Positions 24,221 to 36,904 of a stretch of DNA of 64,000 bases are shown here, piece after piece. The position numbers and the translations under genes are program-made. The stretch is taken from NCBI GenBank assembly GCA_973895155.1, contig OZ316896.1:2914001-2978000 (forward strand). The letters are read 5' to 3'. How positions within the stretch are numbered: the stretch's first letter is position 1; each line of letters begins with the position of its first letter. Source of the DNA: Marsupella aquatica. Its lineage: Eukaryota; Plantae; Marchantiophyta. The notes beneath the pieces were generated by a model that saw only the letters and a program-made list of their open reading frames with translations, was not told where the DNA came from and searched no databases.

Positions 24221-26774
24221 CATTTGGCTCTTTGGTCTTCTCGGGGTTTTCCCATGTTGCCTAGCTTTTATGGGGTAAGCTTGCTTTTGGGGTCTTGTCT
24301 CCCTGTTTGTGGCATGTTATCTTTGACAGTGTGATTATACTTGCATGTCATACAATGAAGTATTTCATATGGTTAGTTAGCCTGTGTGAAGCCAAAATAT
24401 GTCAGGTCTGGAGAAACTAAATGGTGTTACCTTGTTGGGGAGCCTACTCAAGTTACCTTGTCTTATTGAAAATATCCTTATGTATATAGCTCTTATCCTT
24501 TGTATTTTGGGGACTTTGCAATTATTTAACCCCTCTTAATGTTTTCAATTTTCTTTTTTGAAACCCCCTCTTTAGGTCTGTATTTATTTTTCAAACTTGC
24601 CCATCCTTTGTTAGAATATGTTATTTTTATTCTTATGCTCAAGTTATATTAAATTGATTTTTCATGCACTGTGGACACTTAGACCCTACACTATCTCTTC
24701 CCAAGAGTGTGATGGAATCCAAAGGGTTTGAGAAACAAAGGCTTCAAGATAATGCCTACCCATCCCCTCTTAATTAGTTCGTGGACCCCTTGGCTAATAA
24801 AATCAGGGGGAAGAGTCGATCTGAGCCGTCTCCATTTCTTATTTCCGGAAATCTCGTCCGTCCATCATAATGGCCAATCTATGGCTCAAAAGAAAGATCT
24901 CAAATAGATCTATGGATGGGTTCTGTCCGTTTTTGCAAATGGGTTAATATTTTTCAAATTAAAAATTAAACACATCCAAGCCTTCCTAGCCGTCGATTTT
25001 GTTGATTTTACTATCTTTGCAGTCCATTTTGTAATGCCTCTAGAAATCTTATTCATCCATGTTAGAAGGCGATCTAGGGTGCAAAAGAAAGATTTCAATG
25101 AGATCTACGACTGGGTATTTTTTTTTGAGAATGAATAAATAGTTTTGAGTATAAAATTCGATGAACTTTCAAGATTCCAGCCATTCCTCCTCCCCGATCC
25201 TGGGTTTCTATGTGCTCTTCCCAACATTAATGGCCGTACAATACGAGAGGTCCTTACATACCGGGAGTTGCGGTTTAACAAGGAAGTTATGAAGTTAGTT
25301 ATTAGTCATTATTTATTATATGAAAAATACTTTTTATAAATCTTTGAATTTAAGTTTTAAAATTGAAAATGTAACTAAAACGGTTACATAGTGACAGTTT
25401 TAACCATTTTGCTCTTTGCATTTCCAATGTTTTTACTTTTCTTTTTACTGCACGGCGTCCCAAAATTTACATTCAAATTGACACAAACACGAATGAAAAC
25501 TATAAGTTTCATTCACAAAACCGACGAGTCTTGTTTGTTGCGGTTGTTGTTGACGTGGCATGCTGTGATGCCAGGAATTTTGGAAGGGACCTCTAGTGGG
25601 GTCCGTAACTACAGCTCAGAGTTCTGTTTCCTAAGTTTTGAGTGACTTAGTTGTGGCCATCCTAAGTCAATACGAGAAAAACATGAGAGGCCCACCATTT
25701 TTTGAAGGGGAAGCTAAACAGTCTACTATAAAACTGACATGCGGGGATAGAAATGGGGCCAACACTAGGTAAAGTAATATACTGTGAGGAGAAGACACTT
25801 TGTGAAGGAATAAGCATTGAAGCACACATACCAAGTCACCCGAAACTAATTTGCTTTTGCTTTAAAGTGGTTACTAAGAAATTCATCCAAACTCTAAATT
25901 GGCATGATCAATTGTTCTTGTCAACATGTGAATCCTTTTGAGGGGAAACACTACAAGACAACCCTTTCTTTTTGGAGATACTCACCTTCTTAGGTGTACT
26001 AAAGTTTGTTTTGGGGCTCACTTATCTAGATACACTAGTCCTTAAAGCATTTATTACCATTTGGGGAAGACTGCTTAAATTTGGAGAAACCACATGGCAA
26101 GATCCTGAATATAAATTGAACAAGGGGTCCATTCTTGTAGATCACCTCAAGGGGTGGACCAAAAAGAATGGCCATATCAGTAAAAAAGTGACCCAGTAGT
26201 GCGAGTCTAGGATAGGTAAGTAATGGGTTTGTGGGATTGTGCCTCGATGTAAAGTGAAGTCTGGCCTGTATGTTCTCACATTTGAATGCCTAGGATTGCA
26301 TCGTAGACATAGAAACAATTACCCACCTCTCAGTTGAAACCCACCCCCAGTTGAAATTAAAAAGGTCTGAAAAAAGGAAATTAAAATTATCGCTTAATAA
26401 TCACCTTATGGTAACCCAAAGGTGGAAGTTCTGAACAATGAAGAAGCTTTCTGTGCTGAAAGCCTTCCATCGTGATCCAAATCTCTCTGTAGAGAATGAT
26501 CCGGATGACCTCCGTAGAGAATGATAAATGGAGGGTAATGGGGACCCACCAACACACACTCATTTTACTCGGGACTTGGCGAATAATATCCAATTGAATT
26601 TGCCTTCCCGTGTGCTTCTTGACCCGGCACAATCATCATGATTCCACTCTATACTCGAGGTGTGCCACTTTCTTGACTTTCCTGGACAAGCTGCGGGCAC
26701 ACTTTTGGAGGAACACAAGTGTACCTTTTTTGGAGCGATAAGCTAGGATAAGGTCTCCATTCCAATAGCTACAG

Positions 26775-27201
26775 ATCCTTGTATTTGAATAGTTGTACCA
26801 TGGGGCGCTCCATTGCGCAGGGCTTTATATTTATGTTTTGACTATTTGTCCATGGGGCACTCTATTGCCGAGGGTTTTTTTATTTATGTGTTGATTATTT
26901 GTTTATATTTTTTGTACTTGCAGGGCATTGTGTTTGAATAATGACATTCTATTTGAACATTGGTATTGTCATATGATTTTTTATTTTTTTTATTATTTGT
27001 GTTCATTGTAGAACAGTTTAGAGTCAATCTTGAATACAGTGTCCAACTCGAACACAACGCCAATATTTAAACACAATGCCCCGGCGCTGTGTTAAAATGA
27101 TGTTGTGTTTGAATGTGTTTGAAAAAACTTACTTTTTCTCATGGAGACCTAAAAAATACATTTTCAAACACAAGGCCGGGGTGCTCTGTTGGGGAAGATG
27201 G
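26775..27201. mobile_element. Decayed copy of the pogo-like MITE at 63305-63703, in inverted orientation
   Basis: Colinear similarity over ~300 bp with the reverse complement of the 63.3-kb copy. Right end ggggaagatgg|ta. Left TIR degraded. Confidence 0.7.
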
Positions 27202-27987
27202 TAGTACAGCATTGTTAAATCTGCATAGTATCCATAGTTTGGCTAGAGTAGGTGACATGGATTCAAGGTGAAAACATTTTGATTTTCATACCAGGGGCTG
27301 AGGGCGCTGGCTAGGGCCTACCCACACAGATTCTAGTAAAGGGTCCATCCACACTTGGGTTCCACGTTGTGCTTGTGGGCTAAAAGAATTGAAAACTATT
27401 TTCTGTTGTTCATTTTGCCTATACAATAGTAGAAACAAAATTTCTTCACACATGCTATGAAAAACACAATTATGGCTTGAACGTCATGAATTTTTATGGG
27501 CAGCTAACACTGCAAATTGAGAGGCCATGCATCTCAAATTGAGGCATATTTTAGGCCTGCACAAGAGTTCTATGTATGGCCTCTCCCTTGTTTGATATGG
27601 TGGCCAATATCAACTTGTGCGAAGAACAAGATGATTGTTAAGAATAGCCTTATCTAAAATTCCTAGATTAATATCTGACCGTTGATCTCCATAGATGTAA
27701 GGACAACCATCAGATTCCAGCTAATAGGGTCTGTGGCTAGGTGGGAAACTTGCTATTGGAAGATAAACTGCCTAGCTATTTCTGCCAGAAGCTACTTTTC
27801 AGTGAGTGAAATTTGGCAAGTTTTTGCCAGTAAAACCAAAGCTCCTTTATTCCTTCGCTCTTTCCATGACTCTGCAGTCAAGCTTTTCTTGGTCAACAAG
27901 CCCAATACCCACGCCTTGCACAATTAACTAGGGTGGGACATTGATGGTGAGGCATAGGTGGTGGGGCAAGGCGCAAATGGTGAGGGT

Positions 27988-29710
27988 CCCGGTTTGAGCT
28001 GCCGGACACCTTGTCGTGTTGTCGGACACGACAAGTTGTCATTTGTCGGACCGAAAATGAGTAATTTGTTGGATATTCTCAAATATTCCTTGGCCGGGTC
28101 CCGACCTTTCCCGAACACTCCCGAATTCTCCCGAACCCTCCCGGCCGGGGAAAAAGACTCGGGCCGGGTGAAGGTCGGGTCGGGGACGGGAGGTCGGGCA
28201 AAAAGGTCGGGGGGGAGAAGGGTCGGTTGGGGAGGGGAGGTCGGGTGAAAGGGTCGGGTGAAGGGTCGGGGATGGGAGGTCGGGCGAAAAGGCGGGGAGG
28301 GTTGGTCGGGCGAAAGGGTCGGGGCCGGGTGGAGGGTCGGGCCATCTTGGTTGGGATAGGCGGATTAGGGTTAGGGGCGGCTAATTACCCTAAATTAGAC
28401 AATTTTTAGGGTCCGAGGAGCTTTGGCGAGGGGATAAAAGGTGGCACTCCTTGTATTTTCTTTCATTCTACAACTTTGCTACTACAATTTTCATGCCCTT
28501 TGGCTAATGAAGAAAACAAGTAGAAAGGTATGCCTTGTTTCAAATTAAAGTTTTGATTGGTTGTAGTGTTGTTTTTGCTTCCTTCTATGTGATTGTTTTA
28601 TAATTCTCATTATGTTTAATTTAAATGGAGGGATATGTATAAATTCTTGTACGCGTAGGCTTGGAGCCTCGGCTCAGCCTGGGATATTTCGTGCAAGAGT
28701 TTTCCATATTTCCTTAACAACGTGACATCATTTTTTGATGAAGCAAAATATTTTTGAGGATAGAAAAACTCATGTGCGTGTACCTGGAGCCTTGGCTCGG
28801 TATGTGATATTTCACATGTGTGTCACGATTCCTTAAAAATATTTTCACTTCATAGATAAATGGTTGTTACGTTATATATATTCAAAAACTTAGGCTGAAG
28901 TAGGGATGTAGGGGAGTATGAGAGATGGGGAAACTTTGTTGCGCAATCTTTGAGTTTTGACTCAGGTTGGGATAATTCAACAGAGTGTCCTATTCTTTTA
29001 TATTCATCACAACCAAGAAATTAAAAAAAAGAATAAGAATCATATATATCTTGGGAAATGTGGTTTTTTAAGTTGTTCGTTATATGAGTTATATGTTGCT
29101 TTGACATAGATGAAATATTTACACATAGAATAAATATTTATTTTGCGATGTTAAATTCTTTAAATTCAGGGTGTGTTGGAGGTGACGGTCTCATTCTTGA
29201 GAGTATAGAGTCCTCTTTCTGTCAACAATGTCTTCCAATGAGGAAGAGTCTGGTGAATCTGGACATCAATCCACTATTCCTAGGCATGGTCCAAACTCCC
29301 GCCAACCCCCACCCGACCGACCCCCGCCCGACCACCACCCGACCGACTCCCGCCCGACCCCCGCCCGACCGACTCCCACCCGACCCCGCCCCCAGCTCCC
29401 GACCTTTCACCCCGACCTCCACCCGACCTTTCACCCTGACCCCCGCCCCTGACTCTCACCCGACCTCCCCCTAAACCCGAATACCCGCCCCCGACTGACC
29501 CCCCCCGACCGACCATGGACTCCCGAACCCCCAACCGACCTACTGCCTCCCGACCGCCTGCACCGCCCACCCCCGACTCCCGTCGACTCCCTCCGCCCGA
29601 CCCGACTCTCACCCGACCCGACCACGGTTACCCGGCCGGGATCGATCGGGACGACATGTGTCAGATGTCGGTCGCCAATGACCCAATTTGTCCGACAAGT
29701 TCAAACCGGG
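27988..29710 (+). mobile_element. Non-autonomous hAT-like DNA transposon (1723 bp)
   Basis: Perfect 8-bp TSD GTGAGGGT at 27980-27987 and 29711-29718. TIR CCCGGTTTGA..TCAAACCGGG. Dense subterminal GGTCGGG (left) and CCCGACC (right) motif arrays. Confidence 0.85.
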
Positions 29711-32054
29711 GTGAGGGTGAGGCATGGACGGCTAGAGAGAGGGCACGCAAGGTGGCACGGAGCACAAACTGGGAAGTATTTCCTGCCGATCGAGCAGTCC
29801 TGGAAAAAACAAATTTTCAGCTGACGAACACCATTTCTTCCCACCCAGGTGACTATTTGCAGACCGACATATGGCCAGAATAGATCGGATTGGATATCCC
29901 ACTGTGTAGATAGATAGATGGATAAGGCATGAATTATATATATACAAAAATTCACAATGCGAAAGAGCAGAAATGCCTAATCTAGAATTCCAAACAATGT
30001 AAGCAAACACAAAAAGCAAAAGCAAAGATTGCTGTCAACGAGAGTTTGACTTTAGGCCGCAATTCATTTCTTTGCATCACTTGTTAGCGAGGGTTATAGT
30101 AGGTCTCACTTATTAGCTAGGGTCGACTAGACCACTGGTCTTCCGTGCATTGTTTTGTAACTGTCAGTGGTTTTGTGGGTGACGAACTGACGATCGTTCA
30201 CCTCGAGGTTCCCAACGTGCCATCGTACCTCCGGAACTTTCCTGCGTGTAGGATATATAGGTAGGCTGGTGATCGAAATGAAGTGCCAGCTTTTTCGACG
30301 CAATCGTTTGACCTTCGGTAGATCGTGTGCTGTTTACCACATGTCCAGGGTCTGCGTGCTGCAGCAGCAGACCAGGTGACTTCATCAAATTGCCCTACAA
30401 TAACAGAATGTCTGAATATAGATCCATTTTTCCAGGGTGCGTTTTGCAAAGTGGATCAGGTGACTTCATCAAATTGCCGTATATATAGGGGCCCTGAATA
30501 TAGATCCATTTTGCTTTGTCGTGGGATATTAAGCACTCTGTGAGAGACCTGTCCTTGGCAAATCATGTATGGCATTTGGCTTCATTGGGGCTCTCAGCTG
30601 CCTGTCCACTACCATCAAACTGTGCAATTATTATCATTTTCCTATGAGCGTCAAACCTTGGTCTGAACCCCACTTTGGGATGGGGTTTGTGTGGAAAGGA
30701 TTTCTACTTTAGGGGGTTTCCAATTGTGCACTTCTGCTTTCCACAAAGATGGTGTACGGCATAGCCTGTTCGACTAATATCATGTCGAACATGTGCCCAC
30801 AAGTTGCACGGGGCAAAGACATCCTGACAATGTCATAAATAACTTTTCAGGGAGGTCACCCATCGTAGCCTGTGGGTGGATTTGACTGGTGCAAAGACCT
30901 GGTTGGTCATTTCTTTTGGGTCTTCTAACAGCAAGGTTCCAATGACCGAAACCGGTAGTTCTGGGTCCCCAAACTTCGAGGTTTGAGACGCCCTAATTGA
31001 GTACCCCTAATAGTACCGTCCCTCCCTCGCAGACCAAAATCCCCTGCTGTGCTGTGGTCCGATGGTTCACACTGGCAAAAGCCATCCAACACAAGGCAAT
31101 GAAGGTCTCTCGAGCTAATTAACGTCACCCCGGCGGAGTGGATCTCCTCGAATACTCGAAGATGCTCTAGGGTAATGAAAGTCCTTGCAATTGCCACGCT
31201 GCGAATTGGAAAACAACTTGAGGGTTTGGCATTCGTTGTCTCTATAGTTGACGTAATCGTGCGGTGAACTTGGGTAAGAAATTAGTATGAAAAGCTTAAA
31301 CTTGAATTGCGGAATGAAACAAATAAAAGCGATGAATCACATCAGAATTGGGTTCTGCCAAAGATTGACTCGAGGCAACAACACTCGTGGCACGCAAAGC
31401 TGCGCGAATTGGAATAAACTGGATTGGGATCCGGCTGCCTTCACAATCGATTGACTGGGTATTCTTTGCTTTTCGAGCTTGATTGTGTCCTGACTAAACT
31501 CCAAACGTCACCGGCCTTAGGTGCCTTCAGGTTCGATGGACTTCGCATTTCCTGTGGTTCGAGCTCGACTCTGTGCAGGCTAAGCCTGTCCGTCCTGTAC
31601 GATTGCTGGGCTACATGTAACTCTGTTTTGATTTTCGTAGCGACTCTGCAGATATCTTGATTACCTGTAACAATGAAGCAGTTCTGCACTGAAACATAGC
31701 TCGGAACTAATCCGGTCTCTTTCTCGCACCCCACACTTTTTGGTCAGACAAATGGGTCAACAGCATTTTCCGAAGTCAAGAGAGGTCGGGTCCTCAACTC
31801 ATTATCGTGGACTAGAACCTTCCTGCCAGCGTCCTCAACTCATTATCGTGGACTAGAACCTTCGTAATACATCGTGCAGATGATGGCCCTGGTCATCACA
31901 ATTTATGGCCGTTGTCATAGCCATCTTAGGGACGCAGGAGAGTAAATCTTCTGTATAGCTGTGGAAGCGGGATTCCGTTTCAGGGGAATTGAGTTAAGGA
32001 CGCTGGCAGGATGCCGGATACTTAAAAATAGAAGTATTGTGATAGTGTGCCTAT

Positions 32055-32846
32055 CTAACCCTTCCACGAACGATAAACATCCCCGTTGTTGTACATATTC
32101 GGGGACTCCGGTAGACTTTTGCTGTGTCCCAGGCCACGGGAACCATATCTCAGGTGGGTGCTGCTAGCCTGCGTAACCGCTGTTGGAGACACATATTGGC
32201 TCCGAGTCCAGAAATCGGTGCTTTGAACCTGTGTAGCAGAAATATTGCTGCTAGAGAAGGTGGCTGTCCCGAGAGTATCTCCGACCCTGTCGGGATATCC
32301 ATCCAGCACACTCGCGCTGTAGTAATGTGATGTCAAAACATTTGTTGGCGCTGCTGCTGCGTCCGCTGCAGCCGCTGCCATGGCAAGCCGCTGCAGATGC
32401 CGATCGATCTCATCTTGTTGTCTCCAATTTGATCTACTGGGTCCAGTACGATTACTAGCATTGCTGGTGTTGGCAGCTGGCGTATACATTGGCGGACCTC
32501 TCTCAGGTTCCACGGCAAAGTGCTTCAGACGCGCATCCACCTCCTTCTCTTGTTTTTCCTCCTGTTCTCTCCAAGGTGCCCCATGTGGTCCAGTAGGAGT
32601 TTCATCATAGTAGCTGAGGCTGGCTTCTGGAGGGAGAACTGTGGAAGTATTTGCAGGTTGTGGCGGAGTGACAAGAGGAAGCATCCAGGCAGCTATCTCG
32701 GACATGACAAGAAAAGCGATGATAATTTTCACGATTATCAGATAATTGTAGACGAAGAGTATCCCCACTATTGTCAAGCACCGTACGAAAGTTCGACCGG
32801 CTTGACTTCGGAGCAGCGCCATTAATGCAGCCAGTAGTCCCAACAT
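32055..32846 (-). CDS. Hypothetical protein (263 aa) with hydrophobic N-terminus (signal/TM segments) and disordered C-terminal part
   Basis: ATG-initiated intronless ORF. First ~58 aa strongly hydrophobic, followed by P/S/T-rich sequence, two EVD/EID-x-x-L helical repeats and a poly-Ala run. No family recognised. Confidence 0.45.
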   Translation of the reverse strand: MLGLLAALMALLRSQAGRTFVRCLTIVGILFVYNYLIIVKIIIAFLVMSEIAAWMLPLVTPPQPANTSTVLPPEASLSYYDETPTGPHGAPWREQEEKQEKEVDARLKHFAVEPERGPPMYTPAANTSNASNRTGPSRSNWRQQDEIDRHLQRLAMAAAAADAAAAPTNVLTSHYYSASVLDGYPDRVGDTLGTATFSSSNISATQVQSTDFWTRSQYVSPTAVTQASSTHLRYGSRGLGHSKSLPESPNMYNNGDVYRSWKG

Positions 32847-34794
32847 CCCTCAACCTCCGAATCGTCCTCAGAAACGAGCCTTCTATTCACCTACGTTCAC
32901 CAAGCCTCTGACTTCTGGCGCGAAGACTATGCACATGGGGTTGGCTTGGGGCATGGCCAAAACGCTAGAAATACATAGCTACCCTCCTAGCTCTTTTCAA
33001 CGTCTCATCTACACCTTGAATCTGGAATCTTGCACCTTTGACGATCCAAAACTTGAACGCATTCAAGCTAACAAAACGGAAACCTAGTATATTAGGGTAC
33101 CCGCTCGATCGACTCCGTTTATCAATGGAGCAACGATCTAGCAACAGCTCACTTAATGTACGAGAAGGAATGGATTCACAGTCGAGGAAAGTCTTCAGTA
33201 ACTTACGGTATGATAGACGTAAAGAGAATAATTTTTTTCTTGGCGCCGGCCCGACAGAGCTGTGTGGAAGACAACATCTATCTAATCCATTTGCACCTGC
33301 TCCCGCCAATTGGTCAAAAACCCTCATCACAATCGCCAAGCAACAAGATTTGCTGACGGCAAACAATTTACACTTGTGCAATCGTGAAACTGAACGGCGG
33401 GGCCGTCTCGGCTACGAAATCCATCAGCGGATGATTATATCGCATTCACAAGATTAAATAACACACCACAAGAGCACTCCGTTTATCAGCCGGCGGTTAT
33501 TCCCAGGGCATGAGGCTGGACCATTCCAACTTTCTCTTCTCTATCTAGTCCGGAATGTCGATAACTTGGACAAATCAATGCGCTCTCGTCTCTCTGTCTC
33601 GGGAAGATTGAAACACTTCAATCATCCCTTAATAGTAAGCCTCGGATCGATTTCTCCAAAACTCACATCACATCCGAACTAGGCTATACCGAATCCCGCA
33701 GAGGTGTCTGTCATACTCACTCAGAACTCAACCCGAGCTAGCTAGTGAGATGCGACAACAACATTCCGATTGCAGAGACCTCTCTCTCACTCGCAACTGT
33801 AGTCGTCCTGACCCCCTTGGTTTAAGCTGGGCTCTCCGTTTCCATCGTCGACTCTTGGGATTCCATATCCAGTGAAGGGCCGGAATCGATCCTTCCTCAA
33901 CATCGTAATTCAACGGTACACTCTCCAAAGTGGTCGGCTTGCCAGGACTTCGTCAAGCGAGTTTCTCGGATTTGTGATTTCATCATGGAGTATGGGGATT
34001 CCGTATCCAGTAAAGGGTCGGAATCAATTCCTCAACATTCATTGCGAACATCAGTTGTGACGAGGGCACGAGGGCCATTGAACCACGGAGCCCGGATGGG
34101 TGACAGAGTGGGGAGCACGCCAAGACTTTTTCGGCATCGCACCAGAGAAGCAGCAGCGACGATGGTTCGGAGAGCTCTCTCCCTCTCGAGTCTCGACAGC
34201 TCGTTGTCCCCACTACCCATGCCGTAAGGCTCGGAGAAGGCTTGTGACGTGTCTTTCATTTTTTGCACTAAGCCCGAGTATCCGTTCAATGTATAGATAT
34301 GGAAAAGAAAACAATTTATAATTATAGTAAGGGATTCTTCTTCTTTTTTATAAAATTTTATCTGTCCTAATACAGAAAAGTTCTTCGACACGAAAGATAC
34401 TCAGTTGTTAGGTTGGGTTAATTATTTTCACTGACTATTGATGGAAGAAATGAGGCTCGCCTATAATGTGCTCCATAAATGCCCCATTATGACGCCCTAC
34501 AGACAGGCCCTCCATAGGGCTCCTCTTGTATAATAAAATTTATATGTTATGTCTGCTAATCTTTGTCTAACCCTTGTTTTTTGTCCACCCTCATTTTAGT
34601 TTTGTCTTTATTTGGACTCAATGTCATTTTTATCCATCTTCATTTATAGTTTTTTTTATTGAGACACATTATGATCACTCTTGTTATTAAGGGTTACTGT
34701 CTAGAGGCTTCACTCTAGACCCTGAAGAGTAGACTTTATTTGCACTTTTATAATAATTTTTTTTACTCTCTCTTTTAGAAAAAACTAGTGTGGA

Positions 34795-35145
34795 TCTTTG
34801 AACATGAATAAGATAGTACAATAAAAATGTAACCTTAATATATTCCTTATTCATATCTTTGAAGTTTAATGAAATGATAAAAAAACCATCATATATCTCA
34901 TCATTTTAATAATCATATATAATTTACCATACTCTTTTCTATGCACATATTTCTTTCTATGCACTTATGTTCAGGCCATAGAGTTCAATTTTTAATATAA
35001 ATAAAAATTAGGACAACAAGCATCCATGACTATCATTTGACATAGATCATAGTCATTAGTTTTCCCATCCACATCATGAGTCATGGAGTTACTGTCTAGA
35101 GGTTTCACTCTAGAAGCCTAAGCCCAAACTCTAGCTTGTAGTTGG
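34795..35145. repeat. Dispersed repeat related to the 12834-13274 element
   Basis: Shares tctttgaac...tacaataaaaa...ctttgaa...taatgaaatgataaa...tcattttaataatcatatataat...cat.gagtt.c.gtctagag with ~12949-13270. Confidence 0.75.
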
Positions 35146-36370
35146 CATTTTATAAGTAAGATGAAAAGAAACTAAAGCCAGGACCTCCATTTTGTCTATG
35201 AAGCCAAGATGGACTGGCAAAGCTTGGATGGACTTGCTCAGAACATTCAAACTGACTCAGATAACATTGTTTATACTTGATTGAAATGTGACCTGTAAAT
35301 TGGCTCCTTACCATTTGGAGCCAGTTTTGGATAACATTATCGAACCGGCTTCCTTGGTAACTTAACAACTTGACTACCTTGAACTTGAACGGTCAAGACA
35401 TTACTCAGGATCACCATGACGTATTGGCCATTTTTTCCCAAGGCAGTCAAAGTCGTCGACTGCGATCCCTGGCCCCAACCGGATCCTTTTTTTTTTGGTG
35501 TAAAAGTGATACTCACTTTATGCACTTCATGGGGATGGTTACCTAGCCAGGGACATTCAATGTCTCGGTCCATCCAGGCTGTTGTTTCAAATGATGGGGA
35601 GATACATTTGATAAACAATTCAAAATGGAAAGTGGGACCCTGAGTGATCTGGACCGTTGATAGGCCTTATAGCTCACCCAAACCTCACTCAGAGGTCCTC
35701 TCAACTAAGACTTTTCATATCTCTGACAACTGATAGAAGTTAAATCATTTTACCCAAAACTTCAAAGGTCCCTCAAGTAACACATTTCATTTTGTCCACC
35801 AAGTAAAACCTCAAAATCCTAACAGCATGGATTTTTTAAGTGCAATTTTTTTGCCAATTCTACCCTACTGAAAAGTATTCCTCACTTTGACCAAAATTAT
35901 CCCAGATTATCCCACTAGCCAAAATTTGATGGTTATCTTAAAATCTAGGATCTCTGGTCAGAAATTAGATTAAAAATATTAGCTTCTTCTACTTCACATG
36001 AGGTAGTGTCACCTTAGCGAATAGAAATACACTGGATCCTATGGACCGTGACACCTTGTACAACTTCACTTGTTGACAGACTTATACTATTCATGCACAA
36101 AGTTTGACCTTCAATATCTCCCTTGAGATCCAACAGAGTTAGGGCATGTTAGAAGCTGTTCGGGAAGATATGTCAAAGCCAGAAGATCTGTCCAAGCATA
36201 TAAATATATCTCTAGTTTCCCAAAAAATAAAATAAATTTTTTAAAAAAATCTTTAGTTTCATGAATAATTAAGAGTTTCTGCTCATATAGTAGTACCTGA
36301 GGACTGGAATCAAACTATATCCAAGCATTCTGGCAACATGGAGGTACATCCGAGCTTCAGGACTTCTTCT

Positions 36371-36607
36371 TTTAGACCTAGTAGACAACATGACCCCTTT
36401 TCCACTTTACTATAAGTATCATTCATGGTCAAATGCTCAATCCTAGGCTTTTCCTTTAGACCTACCTGTAGTCGACAACACCCCTTTTCTGCTTTACTAT
36501 ACGTAACATTTATGGTCAAATGAAACTCAAGCCTAGCCTTTTCTTTTAGACCTAGTCGACAAAACCCCTTTTATTTCTACTTTACTATAAGTAACATTCA
36601 TGGTCAA
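36371..36607. repeat. Tandem repeat, ~85-90-bp unit x3
   Basis: tttagaccta..gacaa....ccccttt..ctttactata.gta.catt.atggtcaaa at ~36371, ~36455 and ~36545. Confidence 0.85.
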
Positions 36608-36786
36608 AAGAAACTTGACCCCAACCCTTAGATGCTCTCTCCACCGTAGATTACAATCTTGAATACCCAGCAGCAAACCTTGTCAGTAGAAAGGCAGCAT
36701 TGTATATTGTTTTCCAAATGCAGATCAAGTGACCACAAAGCACAATGCCTTAAAATCCAAAAGCACCACACTCAATGGGTTGAACA

Positions 36787-36893
36787 TGTTAGACTCTACC
36801 TTGACCGGAGGACCGGATCAACCGGTCATCCTGGCACCACCATATGTACCATTACCAAGACTATACTGAAACTATTGTTATCACCATCAAACA
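36787..36893 (+). repeat. 5' LTR (107 bp)
   Basis: tgttagactc...catcaaaca. One C/T mismatch to the 3' LTR. Confidence 0.95.
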
Positions 36894-36904
36894 CGTTATC
36901 AGCA
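36894..36904 (+). promoter_or_regulatory. Primer-binding site complementary to the anticodon arm of tRNA-Ile (half-tRNA priming)
   Basis: CGTTATCAGCA directly follows the LTR. Its reverse complement TGCTGATAACG matches tRNA-Ile(AAU) TGCT-AAT-AACG if I34 is read as G. Confidence 0.75.

Noticed and set aside
25890-25975. RKGCLVVFPLKRI on the minus strand, resembling a bryophyte MULE N-terminal motif
   Set aside because: Too short, and the flanking motifs were not recovered.
27958-29883. Many overlapping Pro/Arg/Gly-rich ORFs
   Set aside because: Artefacts of GC-rich subterminal repeats that lack stop codons.
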